From NCBI GenBank assembly GCA_963666985.2, contig CAXXIA010000001.1, forward strand, positions 1,248,001 through 1,312,000: a stretch of DNA of 64,000 nt, read 5' to 3'. Positions within the stretch are counted from its first letter, which is position 1, and each line of letters opens with the position of its first letter. The notes beneath the pieces were generated by a model. It was not told where the DNA came from. It saw only the letters and a list, made by a program, of their open reading frames with translations, and did not search any database. This DNA comes from Spirochaetia bacterium (GTDB lineage: Bacteria > Spirochaetota > Spirochaetia > DSM-2461). A program made the translations under genes and the position numbers. This document shows, in pieces, positions 39,105 through 48,261 of this stretch.

Positions 39105-39127
39105 TTGGATTCTCCTGCCCACAACCA

Positions 39128-39143
39128 AGCAAAAGACATGCCA
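39128..39143 (-). promoter_or_regulatory. Sigma54 (RpoN) -24/-12 promoter of the sigma-factor gene
   Basis: Minus strand TGGCATGTCTTTTGCT = GG-N10-GC, close to the consensus TGGCAC-N5-TTGCW, 24 nt upstream of the ATG. Confidence 0.85.
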
Positions 39144-39328
39144 AGAAATTAAAAACTAATTTATCTTCTTGTATTGTATATATTTATTTAACTTCAAAAG
39201 AAATAATCATACGAAAAATCGTCTAAGACCGTTTGTATTCCCGGTTATTTTTGTCCCCTAATGAGTCAAAATGTCCCAATAAAGATAATCTGAAAAAAAA
39301 CCGGGACTAATTGACCCAAATAAGACGA

Positions 39329-39733
39329 TCAGCCGCCCATTGTGTAACGGCTCGGTCCGATTCGAGTTTTTTTCTTGAAATCCACCGCCAGACATTTATC
39401 GCCCGCATCGGCAATGAAATCGGGAAATATAATAATTGTTGTGCGGTATACGGTTTCCCGTCCTCTCGAACTTAATCCCTCGAGACATCCGCAGCAACGC
39501 AGTTCAATCCATGCGTCGCGGATCATGTCGAACACGGCGTCTCTTTCGGCGGATCCTGAAAAATGCCTTTGAGGACGCGAATTGAGATACCGGCGCATTT
39601 GTATCCCGAAGAATCGTCGGGCCTCAAGGCTGAAATCCAATATGTCGGGACCTTTCCAACCCATAACGCACATAAAATATCCATGAACCGCCGGGAAGGC
39701 AAACCGGATCGGCGTATTTTGATTATTCTCCAT
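39329..39733 (-). CDS. Hypothetical protein
   Basis: 134-aa ATG ORF filling the gap between the sigma factor and groES. Confidence 0.55.
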   Translation of the reverse strand: MENNQNTPIRFAFPAVHGYFMCVMGWKGPDILDFSLEARRFFGIQMRRYLNSRPQRHFSGSAERDAVFDMIRDAWIELRCCGCLEGLSSRGRETVYRTTIIIFPDFIADAGDKCLAVDFKKKTRIGPSRYTMGG

Positions 39734-39869
39734 TTAAGAAAGTCTTCGACTCTGCTTTTTCACTTGACCCCCCGTCCAACCATTCCGTATATTCTGACAG
39801 GATGAGTAAAACTCCCGCATCGGCTGTGTTTTCTCGTCGAAAAAATTCATGATTTCGAGAGGGTTCAAG

Positions 39870-40136
39870 ATGACCGTCAAACCTCTGCAGGACCGTGTCC
39901 TAATCAAGGTCGAAGAAGCCGAAACCAAGACAGCTTCCGGCCTCTACATCCCCGATACCGCCCAGGAAAAAACCCAGACCGGTACTGTTGTTGCCGTCGG
40001 TGACGACAAAGAGCTGATTACCGTCAAGGTTGGCGACAAGGTGATGTACGACAAGTACGCAGGCACCAGCGTTAAAATCGATGATGTGGAACACCTGATC
40101 GTCAAAAGCTCGGATATTCTCGCCGTCGTAAGCTGA
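39870..40136 (+). CDS. groES: Co-chaperonin GroES
   Basis: [13 protein letters not shown]...[14 protein letters not shown]...VKVGDKV-Y-KYAG...DILAVV. Confidence 0.97.
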   Translation: MTVKPLQDRVLIKVEEAETKTASGLYIPDTAQEKTQTGTVVAVGDDKELITVKVGDKVMYDKYAGTSVKIDDVEHLIVKSSDILAVVS

Positions 40137-40164
40137 AACCGAACTTGTTTCGATTCCGCAGCCG

Positions 40165-40197
40165 GGACCCCTTCCTCAAAGAAGGGGCCTTTTTTTT
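40165..40197 (+). terminator. Rho-independent terminator of groES
   Basis: CCCCTTC-loop-GAAGGGG then CC and T8. Confidence 0.85.
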
Positions 40198-40294
40198 GTT
40201 CCATACCGGATATCACAGCCGGCAATTCATTCTTGGTAAAAACCCGCGGATGAATATTCGGCTTAATAGAAATCCATGCCGCCGAGATGCCGAA

Positions 40295-40744
40295 TCAGTT
40301 CTTTAAAGGAAAATAGATTTCCGTCCGCAGATTCTCCGGAGGCGTATCCATCGGAGAATTGAGGTAGAATTCGTAGCACCATTGCTCGGCGATTCGGCCT
40401 TTTTCTTCGACAAATTTCGTTAAAAGCTCATAGGTTCCGCCAAGTTCCGTATACGGGCCGGTATGAAGAGCAACGGCAGCTTCTCCGCCGGGCAGCATGC
40501 CCGCTTTAACCCGTCCTTCGCCCTCGGCCGCCTCAGCCAGAGGAAAGCCCATCTCCACGTCCAGGGCGTTCATATCCATGTTCCGGTACAACGCATAGGG
40601 AGGGCCGTCAAACGGAAGGCCCTTTTTTCCCATGTACTGCGCGATTTCACCGTAAGCTTTTCCCATGGCCTCAGAAATTTTCTCCATCGAGGTGGTTGTT
40701 CTTACGAACAATGTCGCTTTTTCCCGGATTTTCCGAATTTCCAT
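40295..40744 (-). CDS. GyrI-like small-molecule-binding domain protein
   Basis: GPP-A-Y, D-E-GFP, LPGG--A---H-GPY--L--Y, E-YL--P...TEIYFP. Confidence 0.88.
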   Translation of the reverse strand: MEIRKIREKATLFVRTTTSMEKISEAMGKAYGEIAQYMGKKGLPFDGPPYALYRNMDMNALDVEMGFPLAEAAEGEGRVKAGMLPGGEAAVALHTGPYTELGGTYELLTKFVEEKGRIAEQWCYEFYLNSPMDTPPENLRTEIYFPLKN

Positions 40745-40788
40745 TCCGAACTCCTTAAATCAAGATAAAGCGATGATGACACAGGATA

Positions 40789-40808
40789 TACGACACGAAC
40801 CTGTCGTA
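40789..40808. promoter_or_regulatory. Putative WYL (YafY/DriD/PafBC-type) regulator site upstream of the GyrI-like gene
   Basis: Perfect palindrome TACGACA-N6-TGTCGTA between the two genes. Confidence 0.75.
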
Positions 40809-40819
40809 ATTTTCAGGAC

Positions 40820-41797
40820 TTATCGGCCGTTTTCATTCGAATATTTGCGCACAACGTCCGCCGCGGCTTCCCGGACGGACGCTTTCAAGGCTTCGGGCTC
40901 CAGTACGCGGACAAAGGCACCCCACGACAAGATGTAGCCGTAGAGCCAGCCGTCCAGCGGTGCGAACATCCGAACAACCGAACTCCCGTCGTCATTAATA
41001 TGAAGAATCTCATGAAACTCCTCGGCAAGGGGCTTCATCTCAGGACTGAATTCCAAAATAATTTCAACGCCTTCTCCGGAGGCCGAACCGAAAACATCCC
41101 CCGTCCAATCGGCGATGAAATCCTCAAACCGGCCGTCCCGCCTTCGGAATCCTTCATCAAGCACCTCGAGGTTTCGAATTCGCGAAATACGGAACAATCG
41201 ATAATCGCCGCGAAGACGGCACCAGCCGTAGAGGTACCAGGAACGCCATCGGAAGGCAACGGTCATGGGTTCAACGATGCGTTCGGTTACTTTCAGCATG
41301 TTGCTTGTGTAAGAAAATCGTATCAGATGCTCGGAATCCACGGCGGAGCGGACCGTCCGGAACACCCCTTTGTTCCGGGGATCTCCGCCGAGCATGCTGA
41401 AATCAATATTCAGCTTCTCCGCGCGCTCGGAAAAGACATCACCGTCCAAACTGGGCGGAAGAAGACCTTTAATTTTCTCCAAAGTGCCCTCCAGCTCTCC
41501 GGACGATTCTTCATCGTTTCCGCCGAGCGATTCGGAGACGCTTCTTAAGGATGTCAGTATGTAATAAAAATCTTCCGGACTGACCAAGGATCGATCCATC
41601 TTGAAGGAGTCCAGGATGCCGTACCCGCCGTTGGGCCCCTGAACGGTGTAAATCGGTATCCCCGCCATTCCTATCGCATCCATGTCCCGCTGAATGGTCC
41701 GGGATGTTACGCCGAATCGCTCGGCCATTTCCCGGGCGCTCACGAGTTCGCGGTTAAGAAGATATATTATAATGGATAAAAGCCTGTCGATTTTCAC
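40820..41797 (-). CDS. YafY-family wHTH-WYL-WCX transcriptional regulator
   Basis: DRLL-II--L, A-EMAERFGV--RTI-RD, G--GGY, WYL motif W-LYGWC--R-DYR-FR-SRI. Confidence 0.93.
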   Translation of the reverse strand: MKIDRLLSIIIYLLNRELVSAREMAERFGVTSRTIQRDMDAIGMAGIPIYTVQGPNGGYGILDSFKMDRSLVSPEDFYYILTSLRSVSESLGGNDEESSGELEGTLEKIKGLLPPSLDGDVFSERAEKLNIDFSMLGGDPRNKGVFRTVRSAVDSEHLIRFSYTSNMLKVTERIVEPMTVAFRWRSWYLYGWCRLRGDYRLFRISRIRNLEVLDEGFRRRDGRFEDFIADWTGDVFGSASGEGVEIILEFSPEMKPLAEEFHEILHINDDGSSVVRMFAPLDGWLYGYILSWGAFVRVLEPEALKASVREAAADVVRKYSNENGR

Positions 41798-41879
41798 CGG
41801 CGCTCCTTGAGGCTAATCCGGAGAAACGGCCCTTTAGCGGCACGTTTTGCTCCGAAGCGCCCGGTCCGGGCCTGAAATC

Positions 41880-42857
41880 TCAGGAATCTTTCCGGAAAGC
41901 CTTTACGTACTGCAGTCTTTGGTAATAAGCGTTTCTCTGATCATCTTCAAGACTGAGCCTGCTTCTGAATTCATCAACGGATGTGAATTCATGCCGCTCC
42001 ATCCAATGTTCAAGATCCGCCGAAATTTTCGAAATGACATCCAGACCCTCTTTGAGCAAAACGGTGCAGAGCTGAGCAACGTTTCCGCCCGCAAGAAGTA
42101 CTTTTATAACATCCGAAGCATCATAGACGCCGGTGGATGCGGCGATATCCATTCCCACCAAGTCGGAAAGGATTCCGACCCACCGAAGTACCGGACCGAA
42201 TTCTTCCCGAGCGGAGAGCGAATTTCCGGATTTAAACACCATCTTCTCAATATCGATATCCAATTTGAAGAAGCGGTTGAATAAAGTCAGCGCGTTCGCC
42301 CCCGCATCCTCGAGTTTTACGGCGAGATTCGGAAGGGAAGAATAATGCTGACCGATTTTCACGGCCAAAGGCAGTTTTACGGTTTTACGTGCAAGCGCAA
42401 CCATACCGATGAGCTTCTTCTCAATATCGCGGGCATCGGTTTTCGCGTCGGTCGCCATCGGAGAAAGGTTCAGTTCGATGGCGTCCGCGCCGACTTTCTC
42501 AATACGCTCGGCATAATCGGTCCACCACTCTTCGGAATAGCAGTTCAAGCTCGCGATAACGGGAATATCCAATTCTCCCGAAGCGGTCTCGACGAAATCC
42601 AGATAGTCGTCCGCATCAAGGAGCATGCCCATATGCTCGATATACGCGGCGGCTTCGGGATGGACGAAGGATGAAGCTTTCCGGGACTTGTCCACCATAG
42701 AGGCGATATCTTCTTCAAAGAGGGATTTGAGAATCACGGCACCCGCGCCCGCCTCGGCGGCTTTCCTTACGCCTTTAATGTCGGCAGTCAGGTTGGAAGA
42801 TGAAACAACGATGGGATTGGGAAGTGAAAGTCCCATGAAACGGCAGCTTAAATCCAT
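41880..42857 (-). CDS. Dihydroorotate dehydrogenase-like flavoprotein
   Basis: ATG 42857 after AAGGAG; GL-L-NPI--SS, GAGAV-LKSLFEE, IASLN, ADA-ELN, FNRF, STGV. Confidence 0.88.
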   Translation of the reverse strand: MDLSCRFMGLSLPNPIVVSSSNLTADIKGVRKAAEAGAGAVILKSLFEEDIASMVDKSRKASSFVHPEAAAYIEHMGMLLDADDYLDFVETASGELDIPVIASLNCYSEEWWTDYAERIEKVGADAIELNLSPMATDAKTDARDIEKKLIGMVALARKTVKLPLAVKIGQHYSSLPNLAVKLEDAGANALTLFNRFFKLDIDIEKMVFKSGNSLSAREEFGPVLRWVGILSDLVGMDIAASTGVYDASDVIKVLLAGGNVAQLCTVLLKEGLDVISKISADLEHWMERHEFTSVDEFRSRLSLEDDQRNAYYQRLQYVKAFRKDS

Positions 42858-42989
42858 TAACCTCTCCTTATAGTGGGGAACCCGATGTTCCACCTTTATA
42901 CTAGCTTCCGAAGCGGTGCTCTCACAAGCACGGTTTCGAATCAAAATGAACTTCTCTCCCTCCGGCAATCACAGCGGCCGCCTAAGGGA

Positions 42990-45443
42990 TCAGCTGTAGA
43001 GAAAATCCTCCATTTCCCTCATCACGCCGTCAAAACTCTTAATACTCCTCGCGGTCGGCGGCAGTGATTCCAGAAACAGCGGTCCATACTGCTTCCGTAT
43101 GATGCGGGAATCAAGGACCAATACGGCACCGCGATCGTCACTGCGGCGCATCAGACGGCCGAATCCCTGCCGAAACCGCGTTATCGCCTCGGGCAGGGTA
43201 AGCTGAAGAAAAGGATTCCCGCCGCCGTCGGCTATGGCGTCTCTCCGGGCCTGCGAAACCGGATTGGAAGGCGGCCGAAAGGGAAGTCTGGTAATGATAA
43301 CCAGTTTCAGGGAGTCTCCCGGAACATCGACACCTTCCCAGAACGAATCGGTTGCGAAAAGGATACTTGAGGGATTCTCCCGGAAAGTCTTCAGCAGACG
43401 GCCTCTGTCGTCGTCGCCTTGGGCGAGAATAACGGGAGAAGAATCGTCCAAGGCCGCCCGGACACCTTTGAGGGTCCGCTTGAGCGTTTCATAAGAGGTA
43501 AAGAGCACCAGGGCATGTCCGCCCGTGAGCGTGACGGCCTGTGAGATTGAACGGACCAAAAACAACTCCCAGGCATCGGTTTCTTCAGGGCTCGGAGCGT
43601 CGGAGGGAACACCGAGCAGAACCCGGGTTGCGAAATCGAACGGTGAGGGAAAAAGGCTCTCCAGAGTTCTTCGCGGAATGCGGTCGGCTCCGAGGCGCGA
43701 CTTCCAATAATCGAAGCGGCCGCCGAGGGCCATGGTCGCCGATACGCACACGACCGTTCCGTACGGTTCCCAGACCGCCTCGCGGACAAGGGAAGCGACC
43801 GACAGCGGGGTGACATTGCAGGCCAGCCATTCTCCTCCGTCCGATTTCCGCAGAGATCCCAGCCAGAAGACTTTCTCGGGGTGCTCATCGCGGTGCAGGA
43901 AAGAATCGGCGACCGAAGCGGCTTCCTGAAGTCCTGTAATCGTCTGACGGGATTCCATCAAAAGACCTTCGATTTCCGGATCGGAGCCGTCGGAGTCCAA
44001 ATCCCTGACGATTTCGGCGAAACGTCCGGCCAAATCACCCAGGGATGCGCGCAAATGTTCCATGGGAGTCAGAAGCCGTTTGCGTTCCTCCTCCCCGCTC
44101 ATCCCGACAAGCCGAATTTGACGTTCTCCAACCAGAATATCGCGTCCCAGGGCATCCAGGGTTTCGGCCCGGGACTGAGCCGCGTCGATAAGAGGCGGAA
44201 GGATGCCGAGCAGAGATTCGGCCGCATCCGAGCGCCGTTCGGCCAATCTCTCCAAAAGTCCGCCGCTCTTTTTATACCGCAGTCGGCGAAAGATTCGATT
44301 CAGTCCCGGAAGGGAGAGGACCGAGGTGAATAAATCGGTGGCCGAGGTTTCGGCGTGATGAGCCTCGTCGAAAACAATACGGCCGTAGGGAGGAAGCACG
44401 GCCGTTTCATCCGGTCCGGCCCCCTCCAGCCTCGCCGCGAGGTCCGCGAATAAAAGGTGGTGATTGGCGACAAGCAATGAAGCCTCGGCGGCGGCACGCC
44501 TGGCCTTGATGAGAAAACATTGATCGAAATGGCGGCAATAGGTCAGCGTACAGGAATCGGCTTCACAGCGGACAGCGGACCAATCGGATTCATTCGGTTT
44601 GAAGGGGATGTCGGATTTGGAGCCGGTGGCGGTGGATTCCGCCCAGGATCGAATCCGCTGAAGGCCGTCGCCGGAACCGAAAAGATCGTCCTCGTCCGAG
44701 GTTTCTTCCAAGCGTTTTAGGCAGAGATAATTCCCCCGCCCTTTCACCAGAGCGACTTTAATATCGATTCCGAGGACATCCTTCGCCAGAGGAATATCTT
44801 TATCCACGAGCTGCTGCTGAAGAGCGATGGTGGCCGTGGAAACAACGATGCGCTCGTCGTTTTCGGCCGCCCACTTGAGGGCCGGTAAAAGATAGGCAAA
44901 GGACTTTCCAATTCCCGTACCCGCCTCGGCGATCATGGGGCGGCCTTCGTTGAAGGCGGTTACGGTCATGCGGAGCATATCGATTTGTCCCCGGCGGGCT
45001 TCATATCCTTCCAGCCGCTTTTCCAGAGCGCCGCCGGGTTCCAGGGTTCCCGCAAGAATTTCGGCATCCAAAAGCCGCAGCTCTTTGCGGGGAACCGGAG
45101 CGGCGACGATGTTCACCCGCTCAATCCGGCTGTCCACGATCAGAAATCCGATTCCCTGGTTTCCGAGCCTGGAAGCCACCTGAAGATCGGCGCCGCTGGG
45201 ACGGAGATCGCCTCCGGGATGATTATGAATCACCGCATCCCCGCGGGACATGTGGGGAAAGAGCGCGGGAACCATATCGGCGCTCCCGCGGGCCGCCGCG
45301 AGAACCTCGGCGATCAGGCCGTCTTCATCGCACCGCCCCACCCATAGGATTTCCAGGGGACTGCCGGTGTTTTCAACGGCATCGGCCATGTCGTCGCGCA
45401 TGCGTTCGAGGGCTTCGGGGAGGATGCATTCTTGAGTATCCAA
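42990..45443 (-). CDS. DinG/YoaA-family Fe-S helicase with N-terminal JAB/MPN domain
   Basis: Likely TTG start at 45443 after GAGGAG; HNHPGGDLRPSGAD; EAGTGIGKS, Fe-S cysteines, FDEAH, SAT, FWEGVD, QGFGRLMR. Confidence 0.9.
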   Translation of the reverse strand: MDTQECILPEALERMRDDMADAVENTGSPLEILWVGRCDEDGLIAEVLAAARGSADMVPALFPHMSRGDAVIHNHPGGDLRPSGADLQVASRLGNQGIGFLIVDSRIERVNIVAAPVPRKELRLLDAEILAGTLEPGGALEKRLEGYEARRGQIDMLRMTVTAFNEGRPMIAEAGTGIGKSFAYLLPALKWAAENDERIVVSTATIALQQQLVDKDIPLAKDVLGIDIKVALVKGRGNYLCLKRLEETSDEDDLFGSGDGLQRIRSWAESTATGSKSDIPFKPNESDWSAVRCEADSCTLTYCRHFDQCFLIKARRAAAEASLLVANHHLLFADLAARLEGAGPDETAVLPPYGRIVFDEAHHAETSATDLFTSVLSLPGLNRIFRRLRYKKSGGLLERLAERRSDAAESLLGILPPLIDAAQSRAETLDALGRDILVGERQIRLVGMSGEEERKRLLTPMEHLRASLGDLAGRFAEIVRDLDSDGSDPEIEGLLMESRQTITGLQEAASVADSFLHRDEHPEKVFWLGSLRKSDGGEWLACNVTPLSVASLVREAVWEPYGTVVCVSATMALGGRFDYWKSRLGADRIPRRTLESLFPSPFDFATRVLLGVPSDAPSPEETDAWELFLVRSISQAVTLTGGHALVLFTSYETLKRTLKGVRAALDDSSPVILAQGDDDRGRLLKTFRENPSSILFATDSFWEGVDVPGDSLKLVIITRLPFRPPSNPVSQARRDAIADGGGNPFLQLTLPEAITRFRQGFGRLMRRSDDRGAVLVLDSRIIRKQYGPLFLESLPPTARSIKSFDGVMREMEDFLYS

Positions 45444-45883
45444 ACGGGACTCCTCTCGGCGATTCGGCAAATCAGGCGGAAGACCGGCCGAAATGCGTCC
45501 GCTACAGAATATCTTCGCCGGGCCGGAGCGGCAACGGGAGGCCGCCGAGGAGGCCGGGTTGATGCGGTTAAAAATCCGCCTCGGCCGAGGGAGGCGGCGG
45601 CGGATGGCCCGGGCTCAGGAACACTCACGGGCGCATCGGCGGAGTGCCGGCAGCCGATAGAGCCCGAAGAGAAGGAACGGCATAAAACAGCGCGGGGGCG
45701 GATGCATTTGTTCCGCGTGCTTCCATGAACCCTCAGCCTCTTTATTCCGAACTTAGAAAAAGAGGACTCTTCCGCCTTCCGCCGCAGCCGGGGTCACCTT
45801 GACTTAAAAACCCGTAATAGCTAGTTTTTCGCAAAGAATAGGCTGAAGAAATCCACGGCCCATTCAATGGAGAAACGTTCATC

Positions 45884-46924
45884 ATGGATAAAAAAATCCC
45901 CGTCGCCGTCCTCGGAGCCACCGGCACCGTCGGACAAAAATTCATCGTCCTCCTTCAAGACCATCCCTGGTTCGAAATCACGGAACTGGTAGCATCCCCC
46001 CGCTCCGCGGGCAAAACATATACGGAAGCCTGCGCTTGGAAACAGAACACTCCCATCCCCGCCTCTTTGGCCGATAAAATCGTTCTGGCCGCGGGAGAGC
46101 CTCTGGAAAGCCGAATTCTTTTTTCAGGCATGGACGCCTCGGTGGCCGGTCCTCTGGAAGAACAGTACGCTCAAAGCGGTCATGCGGTTATTTCCAATGC
46201 CAAAAACCACCGGATGGATTCCGATGTGCCCATCATCATTCCGGAAGTGAATCCGGATCATTTTGAAATCACGAAAAAGCAGGCATGGAAAGGCGCCATC
46301 GTTACGAATTCCAACTGCGTCATCATGCCCGCCGCCATGGTTCTTCATCCTCTGAACAAGGCTTTCGGCATCGAATGGGTCCAATTGGTCTCCATGCAGG
46401 CCATCAGCGGCGCCGGATACCCGGGCGTGGCCTCCTACGACATCCTCGGAAACGTTATTCCCTTCATCGGCGGTGAAGAGCCCAAAGTGGAAAGCGAAGG
46501 ACAGAAAATTTTGGGGACTCTGGAAGGCGATCATATCGTTCCCGCGCCTTTCGTTTTAAGCGCCCAATGCAACCGTGTTCCCGTCGTGGACGGACATCTG
46601 GAAAATTTGAGCATTAAATTCAAGAAGAAGGCTTCCGTGGAAGAGGTGAAAAAGGTTCTTTCCGAATGGACGGCCATGCCTCAGAAGGCAAAACTTCCCA
46701 GCGCGCCCGAACGTCCGATCGTTATCTTCGAACAGGATGACCGGCCTCAGCCGCTTCGCGATATTTGGACGGGCGGCGGTATGTCGGCCTGCGTGGGCCG
46801 CATCAGGGAATGTTCCATCGGCGATGTTAAAATGGTGGTTCTGGGTCATAATACGGTTCGGGGAGCCGCGGGCGCGGCCGTCCTGAACGCGGAAGCCTAC
46901 GTGCACCTCGGGTATCTGGACTGA
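45884..46924 (+). CDS. asd: Aspartate-semialdehyde dehydrogenase (archaeal/fungal-like type)
   Basis: LGATGTVGQ, PEVN-DH, NSNC, QAISGAGYPG, CNRVPV-DGH, HNTVRGAAG; TTGACT-17-TAGTTT promoter upstream. Confidence 0.95.
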   Translation: MDKKIPVAVLGATGTVGQKFIVLLQDHPWFEITELVASPRSAGKTYTEACAWKQNTPIPASLADKIVLAAGEPLESRILFSGMDASVAGPLEEQYAQSGHAVISNAKNHRMDSDVPIIIPEVNPDHFEITKKQAWKGAIVTNSNCVIMPAAMVLHPLNKAFGIEWVQLVSMQAISGAGYPGVASYDILGNVIPFIGGEEPKVESEGQKILGTLEGDHIVPAPFVLSAQCNRVPVVDGHLENLSIKFKKKASVEEVKKVLSEWTAMPQKAKLPSAPERPIVIFEQDDRPQPLRDIWTGGGMSACVGRIRECSIGDVKMVVLGHNTVRGAAGAAVLNAEAYVHLGYLD

Positions 46925-48261
46925 TGGTTGTTTTAAAAATCGGCGGAACTTCCATGGGAGATGCCGCCCGCATGGATAAAGCTCTGGCTCTGGCCGTCGG
47001 ACAGCTGGAAGACGCGCCCGTGATGGTTTGTTCCGCCATGGGCGGCGTGACCGATAAAATCATCGAAAGCTATACGCTCGCGGAACAAGGCGACATCGCC
47101 GGATCCACCGTTGTTTTCGAGGCCGTTAAAGACAAGCATTACGCCTGTGCGCGGGATTTTCTGAAAGGCGACCTTCTCAAAGCGGTGATGCTTGATTTGG
47201 ACGGAATGTTCGCCCAGTTCGCGTCTTTGCTGAAAGGAATCGGTCTTCTCAAAGACTGCAGTCCCCGAAGCCGGGACGCCCTGATGTCCTTCGGAGAGCG
47301 CCTTTCAACGAGGCTGATTCAGGCGCGCGCTCTTCAGAGAGGTTTGGATACGGCCCTTCTGGACGCCAGGACCTTCATCCGCACCGATTCGGTTTTCAAC
47401 AACGCCAAGCCGGATATGATCGAAACGGCCCGGCTCATAGCCGCCAATGTCTTTCCCGAACCCGGACGCCTCCTGATTACACAAGGATTCATCGGATCGG
47501 ATGTTTCGGGAGTCACCACCACTCTCGGCCGCGGGGGAAGCGATTATTCGGCGAGTATTATCGGAGCCGCCCTTGGTGCAGAAGAAATCCAAATCTGGAC
47601 CGATGTGAACGGCATCATGACTTGCGATCCCAGGATTATCCCGGAAGCCTCGACCATTCCCGAAATCACTTACGGCGAAGCCGGGGAACTGGCTTATTTT
47701 GGTGCGAAAGTGGTTCATCCGGCCACGATCCAGCCGGCCGTGGCAAAAGGAATCCCCGTTTTAGTAAAGGATACCGGCGCGCCCGAAAAAAACGGAACCC
47801 GCATTACCGCGCAGGGCGGGAAACCCGGCATCAAAGCCATTTCCGTTAAAAAGGGAATCACGCTTGTAAGCATCACTTCGTCGCGTATGCTCGATGCCCA
47901 CGGTTTTCTCAGGAGTATCTTTAAAATCTTTGATACGGCCGAAACACCCGTGGATCTTGTAACAACAAGTGAAGTGTCGGTTTCCATGACGATTGAGAAA
48001 ACCGATACTCTTCCGCAAATTCTCAAAGAGCTGAAGGAACTCGGCGAGGTAACGGTGGAAAGCGATCAGGCCATCATCTGTATGGTGGGCCGGGGTCTCT
48101 GGAAGATTCCCGAATTCTCGGCACGGGCCTTCGGCGCCCTCGAAGGCATCCCCGTACGGATGATTTCCCTCGGTGCTTCGGAGGTGAACCTCTCCATAGT
48201 GGTTCCCAAGGAAGCCGCGGAGAAAACGCTTAAAAGCCTCCATAAAAGGCTCTTCGATTGA
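46924..48261 (+). CDS. lysC: Aspartate kinase
   Basis: V-K-GGTSM, V-SAMGGVTD, GERLS, TTLGRGGSDYSA, DV-GI-T-DPR, two ACT domains; TGATG overlap with asd. Confidence 0.95.
   Translation: MVVLKIGGTSMGDAARMDKALALAVGQLEDAPVMVCSAMGGVTDKIIESYTLAEQGDIAGSTVVFEAVKDKHYACARDFLKGDLLKAVMLDLDGMFAQFASLLKGIGLLKDCSPRSRDALMSFGERLSTRLIQARALQRGLDTALLDARTFIRTDSVFNNAKPDMIETARLIAANVFPEPGRLLITQGFIGSDVSGVTTTLGRGGSDYSASIIGAALGAEEIQIWTDVNGIMTCDPRIIPEASTIPEITYGEAGELAYFGAKVVHPATIQPAVAKGIPVLVKDTGAPEKNGTRITAQGGKPGIKAISVKKGITLVSITSSRMLDAHGFLRSIFKIFDTAETPVDLVTTSEVSVSMTIEKTDTLPQILKELKELGEVTVESDQAIICMVGRGLWKIPEFSARAFGALEGIPVRMISLGASEVNLSIVVPKEAAEKTLKSLHKRLFD

Noticed and set aside
39740..39870. CIRCE element before groES, and missing groEL as an anomaly
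   Set aside because: No TTAGCACTC-N9-GAGTGCTAA found; groES separate from groEL is known in Treponema and Borrelia
45470..45884. Lysine riboswitch before asd-lysC or a small gene in the GC-rich gap
   Set aside because: Promoter lies too close to asd to leave room, no L-box motifs; the short ORFs are low-complexity without recognisable features
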